DNA from: Xanthomonas campestris pv. campestris str. ATCC 33913
Lineage (GTDB): Bacteria; Pseudomonadota; Gammaproteobacteria; Xanthomonadales; Xanthomonadaceae
NCBI RefSeq assembly: GCF_000007145.1
Contig: NC_003902.1
Span: 967,436-999,435, forward strand
Length of the DNA: 32,000 nucleotides
Direction: 5' to 3'
Shown: piece after piece, positions 1 to 7,110 of the stretch
How positions within the stretch are numbered: the first letter of the stretch is position 1
How the letters are laid out: each line of letters opens with the position of its first letter
Position numbers and translations under genes: made by a program
The notes under the pieces: generated by a model
The model's input: only the letters and a program-made list of their open reading frames with translations
Database searches by the model: none
What the model was told of the DNA's origin: nothing

Positions 1-73
1 GAACGATATCGAGTCGGTCGGCATGGTCAAGGCGCTGTCTTCCGGTACGGATGAGGGAGTGACGGGCGTGTAG
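1..73 (+). CDS. 3' end of an unidentified CDS that begins upstream of the window
   Basis: Frame 2 is open from the window edge to TAG at 71-73 (...NDIESVGMVKALSSGTDEGVTGV*). Third codon positions are mostly G/C. Too short to assign a family. Confidence 0.3.
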   Translation, partial: NDIESVGMVKALSSGTDEGVTGV

Positions 74-162
74 TGCGACGGAGGTGGCAAGAAGGTTCAA
101 GTACATGCATCTGTATGCAGTGCGCGTTCACCACAGCATTGGCAAGCAAGCTGCAGCAGCGA

Positions 163-195
163 GCGCAACGCGACGCATGACGCAGCGCGTTGCGC
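163..195. terminator. GC-rich stem-loop between convergent gene ends (10-bp perfect stem GCGCAACGCG/CGCGTTGCGC, 13-nt loop)
   Basis: Read directly: 163-172 pairs with 186-195. It lies between the + strand stop at 71-73 and the - strand stop at 246-248. No adjacent T-run, so only terminator-like. Confidence 0.3.
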
Positions 196-245
196 ATGTT
201 GGCAACGTGATCGGTGTTGCACGCTTTTGACTGCGTTAAACGGTG

Positions 246-1714
246 TTAGCCGAGATAGATCGTTTTGGTTTCGAGAAACCCGTGCAGGCCTTCGATGCCA
301 CCTTCGCGGCCGATGCCGGAGTGTTTGACACCACCGAACGGCATCTCGATATCCACGCACATGCCGTTGATCGAATGGCTGCCGCTCCGCACGCGTCGCG
401 CAATCGCGTAGGCGCGTTCGGGATCGTCGCTATAGACGGTGCCATGCAGGCCGTAATCGCTGTCGTTGACTTTGGCGATCAGATCTTCTTCGTTGTGATA
501 GTCGATAAAACTCACGACGGGGCCGAAGATTTCTTCGCGGGCAATGGTCATCTCCGGCGTCACACCTGCAAACACGGTCGGCTCAAGAAAGAAACCGCGT
601 GGCAAGTGCTCTGGCCGCCCGCCGCCCATGACCAGCTTTGCGCCTTCGGCGCTGCCTGGGCGATGTAGCCTTGCACACGTTCCAACTGGCGGCCGAGTGC
701 CAGCGGGCCCATGCCCGTGTCGGCGGCAAACGGGTCGCCGAGTTTGAGCGTGGCCAGCGCCGAGCAATACGCGTGCAGGATGGCCTCGCGCCGATGCGCG
801 GGGACCAGTATGCGGGTGAGCGCGAAACACACCTGGCCGGTGATCGGCATCGAGTAGGGCACCAGGCTGGGCAGCACTTTCTCGATGTCGGCATCCTCCA
901 GCACGATCGCCGCCGACTTGCCGCCCAGCTCCAGCCCGACGCGCGCCAGGCGCTCGGCGCAGGCCACACCGATCGATCGCCCTGCCTGGGTGGAGCCGGT
1001 GAAGCTCACCTTGTCCACCGAAGGGTGCCGGATCAGCTGTTCACCCACCTCGCGCCCGGCCGGTAGCAGATTGAACACGCCATCCGGCAGCCCGGCGGCG
1101 CTGATGCATTCGGCCAGAATATAGGCGTCGATCGGCGTTTCCGGAGACGGCTTGGCAACCACCGTGCAGCCGGCCGCCAGCGCGGCGGCGACCTTGTAGC
1201 AGAGCAGCACCAACGGCGCATTCCACGGCGTGATGGCGACGACCACGCCGACCGGTTCCTGTACCACATGCACGCGCCCGCCGCTGGAGCGCGTGCGTGG
1301 CTCGACGAACGGGTGGGTGGTGATCAGGTCGCCGTAGTAGTCGAACAGATCCGGCGCCTGCTTGGAGGCGCGCCGACTGAAACCGATGGTGGCGCCGACC
1401 TGCGCGGTCCATGCATCTGCCAGTTCCGGCATGCGCGCCCGCAAATGCTCGGCAATGCGCTTCAGCGCGGCGCCGCGTTCTGGCGGCGGCAGCTGCGGCC
1501 AGGGGCCACTATCGAAGGCTCTGCGCGCCGCGGCAACCGCGGCCTCGGTGTCGGCATGCGATGGTTCGGTGTAGCGCAGCAGGCGTTCTTCGGTGTGCGG
1601 CGCGATGACATCCAGCGTCTGGCTGCCGGTGCTGGCGCGCCACTGACCATCGATGAATAAACCCCACGGTCCACGCGCGGCGATGCCACGCAGGGTCGCG
1701 GCTAAGGCTTCCAT
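246..1714 (-). pseudogene. NAD(P)-dependent aldehyde dehydrogenase (vanillin/4-hydroxybenzaldehyde dehydrogenase-like), split by a 1-nt frameshift near 655-662
   Basis: ORFs 560..1762(-) and 246..830(-) together make one ~487-aa ALDH. The N part has ITPWNAP, ELGGKSA and GQVCFA (catalytic Cys). The C part has EEIFGPV and PFGGVKHSGIGREGG. ATG at 1714 (MEALAATL...) is preceded by GGAGGGAG (1718-1725). Both frames are open across 560-830, and family homology places the switch at ...RVQGYIA|PGSAEGAKLVMGGG. Confidence 0.8.
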
Positions 1715-1800
1715 ACTCCCTCCTCGGTGCAGAAGACCACTGGCGGCAGCGATGGGCGGCACGTGCGTTGCACGGGCCGCTCACGCGCCGAAGGCGTTGC

Positions 1801-2628
1801 TCAGTTGGTGCCGGCGTCCGGCTCGTACGCACCCAGACCGGGCTTGTAACGCTTTTCATCGATGAACTGACGGATGCCTTCCTTGCGCGCGTTGTTGTCG
1901 AACGAGTTGGCCGCTTCCTGCATGCGTACCAGATAGTCTTCGGCTTCGTCGTAGGTCATGGTGCCGACGCGACGCACCGCATCCTTGGCATATTTCAGCG
2001 CTACCGGATTTTTCTTGAGCAGCAACTCGGCCACTTCGCGCGTACGTGTTTCCAACCGTTCCAACGGCACGCTTTCGTTGACCAGGCGCCATTCGGCGGC
2101 CTTCCTGCCGTCGACCAGTTCGCCGGTGAGCGTCATCCACATCGCATCGCGCATGGAGAGCAATTCCACCGCCACCTTGGTGACGCCGCCACCGGGCAGG
2201 ATGCCCCAGTTGATTTCCGACAGGCCGAATTGCGCCTCGTCGGCGGCGATGGCCAGGTCGCAGGCGAACAACGGGCCGAAGCCGCCGCCGAAACACCACC
2301 CGTTGACCATGGCGATGGTGGGTTTTTGGTACCAGCGCAGCCGGCGGAACCAGCCATAGGATTCGCGTTGCGATCGGCGCACGCCGCGCAGGCCTTGTGC
2401 TTCGGTCTCGCGAAAGTATTCCTTCAGGTCCATGCCGGCCGACCACGCGGTACCTTCGCCACCAAGCACCAGCACGCCGACGTTGTCGTCGAATTCCAGC
2501 TCGTCCAGCACGTCCAGCATGCGGCGATTGAGCGCCGGGCTCATCGCGTTGCGCTTGTCCGGCCGCGCAAACTTTACCCACGCAATGCGGTTTTCCACAT
2601 GCACCGATACCACGTCATGCTCGTTCAA
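1801..2628 (-). CDS. ech: p-hydroxycinnamoyl-CoA (feruloyl-CoA) hydratase/lyase, crotonase superfamily (HCHL/Ech)
   Basis: The 275-aa ORF closely resembles Pseudomonas HCHL along its length: RPDKRNAMSP, AGMDLKEYFRE, KPTIAMVNGWCFGGGF, FGLSEINWGI, KNPVALK, C-terminal KPGLGAY. The start codon is TTG at 2628, with AGGAGAGG (2633-2640) 4 nt upstream. Confidence 0.9.
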   Translation of the reverse strand: MNEHDVVSVHVENRIAWVKFARPDKRNAMSPALNRRMLDVLDELEFDDNVGVLVLGGEGTAWSAGMDLKEYFRETEAQGLRGVRRSQRESYGWFRRLRWYQKPTIAMVNGWCFGGGFGPLFACDLAIAADEAQFGLSEINWGILPGGGVTKVAVELLSMRDAMWMTLTGELVDGRKAAEWRLVNESVPLERLETRTREVAELLLKKNPVALKYAKDAVRRVGTMTYDEAEDYLVRMQEAANSFDNNARKEGIRQFIDEKRYKPGLGAYEPDAGTN

Positions 2629-2661
2629 GCGGCCTCTCCTAGCAGTGAGGGATGTAGCGGG

Positions 2662-3132
2662 TCAGAGTGATTCGGCCAGCGCGTCTTCGGCGTCTGCCGG
2701 TTGCAGGACAGTGCTGGCGTTCAATTTGCACAGCAGGCGCAACAGGGTCTGGCGTTCGCCAGCCTGCAGATCGCTGCAGGTACGTTCGGTGGCGCGCGCC
2801 AGGCAGCCCTGCGCGGTCACAAGCGTCTGTTCGCCCATCTGCGTGAGATAGAGCCCCTTGCTGCGCCGGTCACGGCCGGCCAGGCGTTCGATCAGGCCCT
2901 GCTCGGCGAGCGCGTTGGCGATCTTCATGCCGGCGGCGCGATTGACCAGCAGGCGTTGGCCAAGTTCGGTCTGATCGCAACCGGGTTGGTCGCGGATGTG
3001 GATCAGTGCGGTGACCCGCGCCGGGGTGAGATGCAGTTCGGCCAGTTCCTGCCGCGCGGCATGCCCGGAAGCCAGGGCAGCCAGTTGCAGTTGATAGCCA
3101 AGGTCGGCAGCAAGGGCCAGGCGAGCGGTCAT
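2662..3132 (-). CDS. MarR-family transcriptional regulator (HcaR-like repressor candidate for the HCHL/ALDH genes)
   Basis: 156 aa, ATG at 3132. Winged-helix core LTPARVTALIHIRDQPGCDQTELGQRLLVNRAAGMKIANALAEQGLIERLAGRDRRSKGLYLT is typical MarR. It sits 33 nt upstream of, and co-oriented with, the HCHL gene. Confidence 0.9.
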   Translation of the reverse strand: MTARLALAADLGYQLQLAALASGHAARQELAELHLTPARVTALIHIRDQPGCDQTELGQRLLVNRAAGMKIANALAEQGLIERLAGRDRRSKGLYLTQMGEQTLVTAQGCLARATERTCSDLQAGERQTLLRLLCKLNASTVLQPADAEDALAESL

Positions 3133-3142
3133 CGGGATGTCC

Positions 3143-3167
3143 AGATTGTATCCATGAAATACAATCT
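3143..3167. promoter_or_regulatory. Perfect 9-7-9 inverted repeat AGATTGTAT-N7-ATACAATCT, candidate MarR operator overlapping a TACAAT -10-like hexamer
   Basis: Read directly. It lies 11-35 nt upstream of the MarR ATG (3132) in a locally AT-rich patch. MarR dimers classically bind such palindromes in their own promoters. Confidence 0.5.
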
Positions 3168-3230
3168 AGCCGACCCAAGCGGACCCTGCAATAGGTAAAG
3201 ACGGCCGCCGCATGAACGGCTGTGCGCGTG

Positions 3231-3252
3231 GCCGTGCGGCGGCGCGCACGGC
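3231..3252 (-). terminator. GC-rich hairpin downstream of the EF-hand gene (8-bp stem GCCGTGCG/CGCACGGC, 6-nt loop)
   Basis: 3231-3238 pairs with 3245-3252, about 25 nt after the stop at 3277-3279. No U-tract. Confidence 0.35.
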
Positions 3253-3276
3253 CCGCTGCGCAAGGAGCGCAGGCAG

Positions 3277-3672
3277 TTACTGGATCAGCCAGCCAGCCAG
3301 CTGTTCGCGGCTGAGGGCGCCGCTGTGGCGCGTATCGAGTGCGTCGAATTCATCGGCCAGTGCCGGGTTGGCCTGCGCCTCGGCGCGGCTGATGCGGCCG
3401 TCGCCATCGGTGTCCATCGCCTGGAAATCGATGCGGTAACTGCCCACCACGCTGGTGGGCTGGATGGAGCGCACGATCACGCTGGATTCGCCGCGCGGGC
3501 GCTCCAGCTGCGCCTGGTGGGTCACTTCGCCGCTGGCCAGCGGCTGGGTACGGATGGCGCTAGGCACATCGATCAACGGCATGCTGCTGGCGGGCGTGGG
3601 CGCCTGCTGGCTCCAGGCAGTGCCGCTGGCGAGCAGCAGCAAAAAACAGGTAACGGTACGGAGCGTGGTCAT
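3277..3672 (-). CDS. Secreted EF-hand calcium-binding protein
   Basis: I take ATG 3672 (MTTLRTVTCFLLLLASGTAWSQQ..., Sec-type signal peptide, GGGGGA RBS upstream) rather than the ORF-track start at 3735. A canonical EF-hand loop DTDGDGRISRAE is encoded at 3379-3414. A degenerate second loop (DTRHSGALSREQ) follows. Confidence 0.75.
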   Translation of the reverse strand: MTTLRTVTCFLLLLASGTAWSQQAPTPASSMPLIDVPSAIRTQPLASGEVTHQAQLERPRGESSVIVRSIQPTSVVGSYRIDFQAMDTDGDGRISRAEAQANPALADEFDALDTRHSGALSREQLAGWLIQ

Positions 3673-3902
3673 CAGATCCCCCTGATGTGGAACAGCCGGC
3701 AAGCCTAGCGCCGATGGCGGGCGGCTGCGAGCCATTCCTGGTGCGGCCAGTCGTCAGGCGCGCTGTATTCCTGTGGTGGACGCGGCATCCGCATGCGTGT
3801 TGAGCCTGTGCATCCATGCGGTGGTGCCTGGTTGTCGCAGCAAAGCCGCCAACCAGCGCATCGACATTACAGGAGTGCGTGCCTGCAACGCCGTGCGTGC
3901 AC

Positions 3903-4625
3903 TCAACCAGGAATGAAGGGAAAGACGATCTTCAGCAAGCCCTTCAGGCCGCCTTCGGCGGTGCTGGTCACGGCCTTGGCGCCCAGGCTGTTGAGCGCGC
4001 GCCGCACATCTTCCCAGCGCACCTGCGTGATGTCCTTCTTCAGCAGGTCGGACACTTCTTCGGCGGTAGGCGTGAGTTTTTGCAGTTCGCGCACGGTGGC
4101 CTGCGGGTCCGGCTGCAGATAGCCCCAGCGTTCGGCGATCTTCAGCAGCGTGTCGAAGCGCACCGCCACCACTTCACGATTGCGCTCGTACACCGGCAGC
4201 GCGCCGACATCCAGAATGGCCTGCTCGAACTGCTGTGCATCATCGGGGTGTTCGATACGCACGGCCAGAAACCCTTCCTTGCGGCTGCGTTCGCTGACAT
4301 GTTTTGCGCCCGATCGCAGATTGTCTTCGGTGAGTACGTTGGCCACGATGCGCTGCATGGCCGCGTCGCCTTCTTCGGGCACCAACGCGCGCCAGCGTGC
4401 GTAGCCATCGCGACGCAGCGCCTTCACTTTGGCCGAGGTCACCCGCAGCTGCAGTGCGACCGCGGCATTGGAGCTGTTGCGGGAGATCGCGCCATCGCGC
4501 TCCAGCAACACGAAGATCAACAATTCCAGATCGCGCTTGGTGAGCGATTGGAAGCCTTGCAGCAAGGTCAGGCGCAGGAATTCGCTGCCAAAGGCGGCCG
4601 CGTCCTTCAGTTCGATCGGTTGCAT
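3903..4625 (-). CDS. Hypothetical protein, 240 aa, no recognisable domain
   Basis: ATG 4625 (MQPIELKD...) has GGAGGA 7 nt upstream. Third codon positions are strongly G/C throughout, so it is genuinely coding and native in codon usage. Predicted mostly helical, with no signal peptide, TM segment or catalytic motif I can name. Confidence 0.75.
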   Translation of the reverse strand: MQPIELKDAAAFGSEFLRLTLLQGFQSLTKRDLELLIFVLLERDGAISRNSSNAAVALQLRVTSAKVKALRRDGYARWRALVPEEGDAAMQRIVANVLTEDNLRSGAKHVSERSRKEGFLAVRIEHPDDAQQFEQAILDVGALPVYERNREVVAVRFDTLLKIAERWGYLQPDPQATVRELQKLTPTAEEVSDLLKKDITQVRWEDVRRALNSLGAKAVTSTAEGGLKGLLKIVFPFIPG

Positions 4626-4706
4626 GAGGAGTCCTCCACAGGTGACATGCAGCATGCCAGGACGCCGTTGCGTGGCCTGAGAACCGCTGCGACGTGCGCA
4701 GCAGTT

Positions 4707-5609
4707 TCAGCGTCCGGTTTCGCGGCCGGGGCGGTCGGATCTGAACGTTTCAACTGCGCCCCGGTCCTGCAGCGTGACGAACACTTGCTTGCCGTCGGTG
4801 CCGCCAAACGCCACGTTGCTGGCCTTGCGGCCCTTGAGCGCGATGGTGCGCAGCAGCTTGCCCTGCGGCGACACCACCGCAATCTGCCCGGCGTCGTAGC
4901 GGCCGATGTAGAGATTGCCGTCGGCATCGCAGCGCATGCCGTCCAGGCCGAAATCGGGGAATTCGATCAATACGCGCTTATTGCGCAGGCCGCCGTCCAC
5001 GCGGTCATAGACCCACACCTTGCGCGCCATGCTCTCGTTGACGTACAGGTGCTTGCCATCCGGGCTCACATCCAGGCCATTGGGCGTGGTCATGCCGTCT
5101 TCGAGCAGTTGCACGGCGCCATCGCGGCTGACCTGCCACAGGCGGCCGCTGTTGTCGGTCCAGTTGGGATCGCTGGTGTAGAAGCTGCCATCGGGGGCGA
5201 GCGCGAGATCGTTGGGGCCGTTGGAGGCGGGCAGCGCGGCGAAAGTGCTCACCGCGCGCGTGCGCAGATCCACGCGCAGGATCTTGCGGCCAAGCGTGTC
5301 GGCCACGAACATCGCGCCATCGCGGAAACGGATGCCATTGCCGCGGCTGCCTTCGGGCAAGGTCAGGAAGACCTCGGCCTTGGCACTGCCATCGGCGTGC
5401 AGCGTGATGTGGCCGATGGTGCCGTCCTTGCCGAGATTCACCGCGTAGATCGCACCGTCCGGCCCGGCGGCCGGGCCCTCTGCATTGCTCGTGAAGGCCC
5501 CATCGCCGATCAGGTCGCGTGCAACGAAGGGCGCATCGGCCGCGATGGCGAGCGAACTGGACAAGACAAGCGCAAACGGCAACAAGCGAACACAGGCGGC
5601 AGCGATCAT
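4707..5609 (-). CDS. SMP-30/gluconolactonase/LRE-family beta-propeller hydrolase with Sec signal peptide
   Basis: ATG 5609 (MIAAACVRLLPFALVLSSSLAIAADAP...) has GGAG upstream. Repeated propeller motifs are present (NGIRF, PNDLALAPDG, PNGLDVSPDGKHLYV, DGMRCDADGNLY, NVAFGG). The ORF-track start at 5849 is an upstream extension. Confidence 0.85.
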   Translation of the reverse strand: MIAAACVRLLPFALVLSSSLAIAADAPFVARDLIGDGAFTSNAEGPAAGPDGAIYAVNLGKDGTIGHITLHADGSAKAEVFLTLPEGSRGNGIRFRDGAMFVADTLGRKILRVDLRTRAVSTFAALPASNGPNDLALAPDGSFYTSDPNWTDNSGRLWQVSRDGAVQLLEDGMTTPNGLDVSPDGKHLYVNESMARKVWVYDRVDGGLRNKRVLIEFPDFGLDGMRCDADGNLYIGRYDAGQIAVVSPQGKLLRTIALKGRKASNVAFGGTDGKQVFVTLQDRGAVETFRSDRPGRETGR

Positions 5610-5733
5610 GCGACAGGCTCCGAGAGGGTGCGCCGCAGTGTGCCAGAACGTGCGTTGCAACCATGGCGGTGATCGCCGCCGATCAAGTAAGGTGCGCGAG
5701 CAGTATTGGCCTAGTCTTGCGAGGGAGGTTTGC

Positions 5734-6843
5734 ATGTCTGTGGAATCCGTAACGCGTCGCCGCTTGCTTGCCGCCCTCGGCGGTGCAGGCATCCTGCTCG
5801 GTGCACCTGCCTGGGCATTGCCGAAAAAAGCGCCAGGAAAACCGCTCAATGTCGCGCTTGCCGGGCTGGGCAGTTATGCCAGCGAACAGCTCGCACCGGG
5901 CCTGGCCTTGACCAAGCACTGCAGGCTCGCCGGCATCGTGACCGGTACGGCCTCGAAGATTCCGCAGTGGCAATCCAAGTACAAGATTCCCGATCGCAAC
6001 GTCTACAACTACGAGAATTTCGACCAGATCGCCGATAACAGCGACATCGACGTGGTCTACATCGTCACGCCCACCCATCTGCATGCGCCGCTGACATTGC
6101 GCGCGGCCGCGGCCGGCAAGCACGTGTGGTGCGAAAAACCGATGGCAATGAACGCAGGCGAGTGCGAGGCGATGATCGCTGCATGCAAACGCAACAAGGT
6201 GGCGTTGACCATTGGCTATCGCATGCAGCACGAGCCCAACACACGGCGCCTGATTGCGATGGCCAGCGAGAAGCCGTTTGGAGCCATGCAGCGCGTGCGT
6301 GCCGAAGCCGGCTACAACGGCTATCACGATGCGACCAAGGCTGACCGGCCGTGGCGCCTGCGTTCGCAATTCGGTGGCGGCGCGATGTACGACATGGGCG
6401 TGTATCCGCTCAATGCCGCGCGCTATACGGTGGGTGCCGAGCCGGTGGCCGTGACCGCCAAGCGCTGGACCGATCGCCCGGAGCTGTTCGACGAAGTCGA
6501 CGAGCATATGGATTTCACGCTGGAATTTCCCAATTCCGTGCGTGCCGCATGCAAGACCAGCTTCGGTGCCAACATGAATGTGCTGCGTGCCGAGTGCGAA
6601 CGTGGCTGGTACGAGTTGTCGCCGTTTCAGGCCTACCAGGGCGTCACCGGCAAGGCCAGCGATGGCCGCGTGTTCGACGCCAAGGTGCCGCACCAACAGG
6701 CACTGCAGATGGACGAAGATGCCTTGGCCATCCTCAACGGCACGCCGCTACGTGCACCGGGCGAAGAAGGCCTGCGCGACATCCGCATCGTGGATGCGAT
6801 CTACCGCTCTGCGCGCGAGGGCAGCAAGCGCATCGTGCTGTAA
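5734..6843 (+). CDS. Glucose-fructose oxidoreductase-like Gfo/Idh/MocA oxidoreductase with twin-arginine (Tat) signal
   Basis: ATG 5734 is preceded by GAGGGAGG (5721-5728). The N-terminus is MSVESVTRRRLLAALGGAGILLGAPAWA. It matches Zymomonas GFOR from memory: AGLGSYA Rossmann motif, GKHVWCEKPMA, WRLRSQFGGGAMYDMGVYPLN, PGEEGLRDIRIVDAIYRSA. Confidence 0.9.
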   Translation: MSVESVTRRRLLAALGGAGILLGAPAWALPKKAPGKPLNVALAGLGSYASEQLAPGLALTKHCRLAGIVTGTASKIPQWQSKYKIPDRNVYNYENFDQIADNSDIDVVYIVTPTHLHAPLTLRAAAAGKHVWCEKPMAMNAGECEAMIAACKRNKVALTIGYRMQHEPNTRRLIAMASEKPFGAMQRVRAEAGYNGYHDATKADRPWRLRSQFGGGAMYDMGVYPLNAARYTVGAEPVAVTAKRWTDRPELFDEVDEHMDFTLEFPNSVRAACKTSFGANMNVLRAECERGWYELSPFQAYQGVTGKASDGRVFDAKVPHQQALQMDEDALAILNGTPLRAPGEEGLRDIRIVDAIYRSAREGSKRIVL

Positions 6844-6891
6844 CCGCAGCCCGCTCTTTTTATCGACGGAGCGGCCGCTGAAATCAAGCGA

Positions 6892-6915
6892 GCAGGCTGG
6901 CGCAAACCAGCCTGC
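6892..6915. terminator. Stem-loop GCAGGCTGG-CGCAAA-CCAGCCTGC in the convergent spacer
   Basis: A 9-bp perfect stem read directly, about 50 nt after the oxidoreductase stop (6841-6843). No T-run. Confidence 0.35.
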
Positions 6916-7077
6916 AACGATGCGTGCAGTGCGAACAAACATGTAGCAGCACTACTACCGGTGACCGAAAGCGCGACCGCCCGCCAAAAACTACCAACGC
7001 GCGCGAGTGAAACGTCACGCTTGGTCAGCGAGTGCCCGCCAGCGAGTAGCAATAACACCACCACTCCCCGCTCTTAC

Positions 7078-7105
7078 GATTCCCCAATCCCGATTCCCGA
7101 ATCCC
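7078..7105. repeat. Degenerate heptamer microsatellite (GATTCCCC AATCCC GATTCCC GAATCCC; GGGAATC/GGGATTC on the - strand)
   Basis: Four tandem units read directly, immediately downstream of the rlmM stop (7111-7113). Confidence 0.6.
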
Positions 7106-7110
7106 AGCGC

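Noticed and set aside
4626-4706. Near-palindrome GAGGA-G-TCCTC at the orphan gene's RBS and a weak 6-bp hairpin (4686-4702) after the lactonase stop
   Set aside because: The palindrome is simply the SD sequence plus chance complement. The hairpin is short, lacks a U-tract and is indistinguishable from background GC self-complementarity.
3816-5672. 618-aa + strand ORF spanning the orphan gene and the lactonase gene
   Set aside because: It is antisense to two well-supported - strand genes with RBS, signal peptide and family motifs. Its composition (A/G/R/H/Q/L/D/V-rich, no motifs) is the usual stop-free shadow frame of high-GC DNA.
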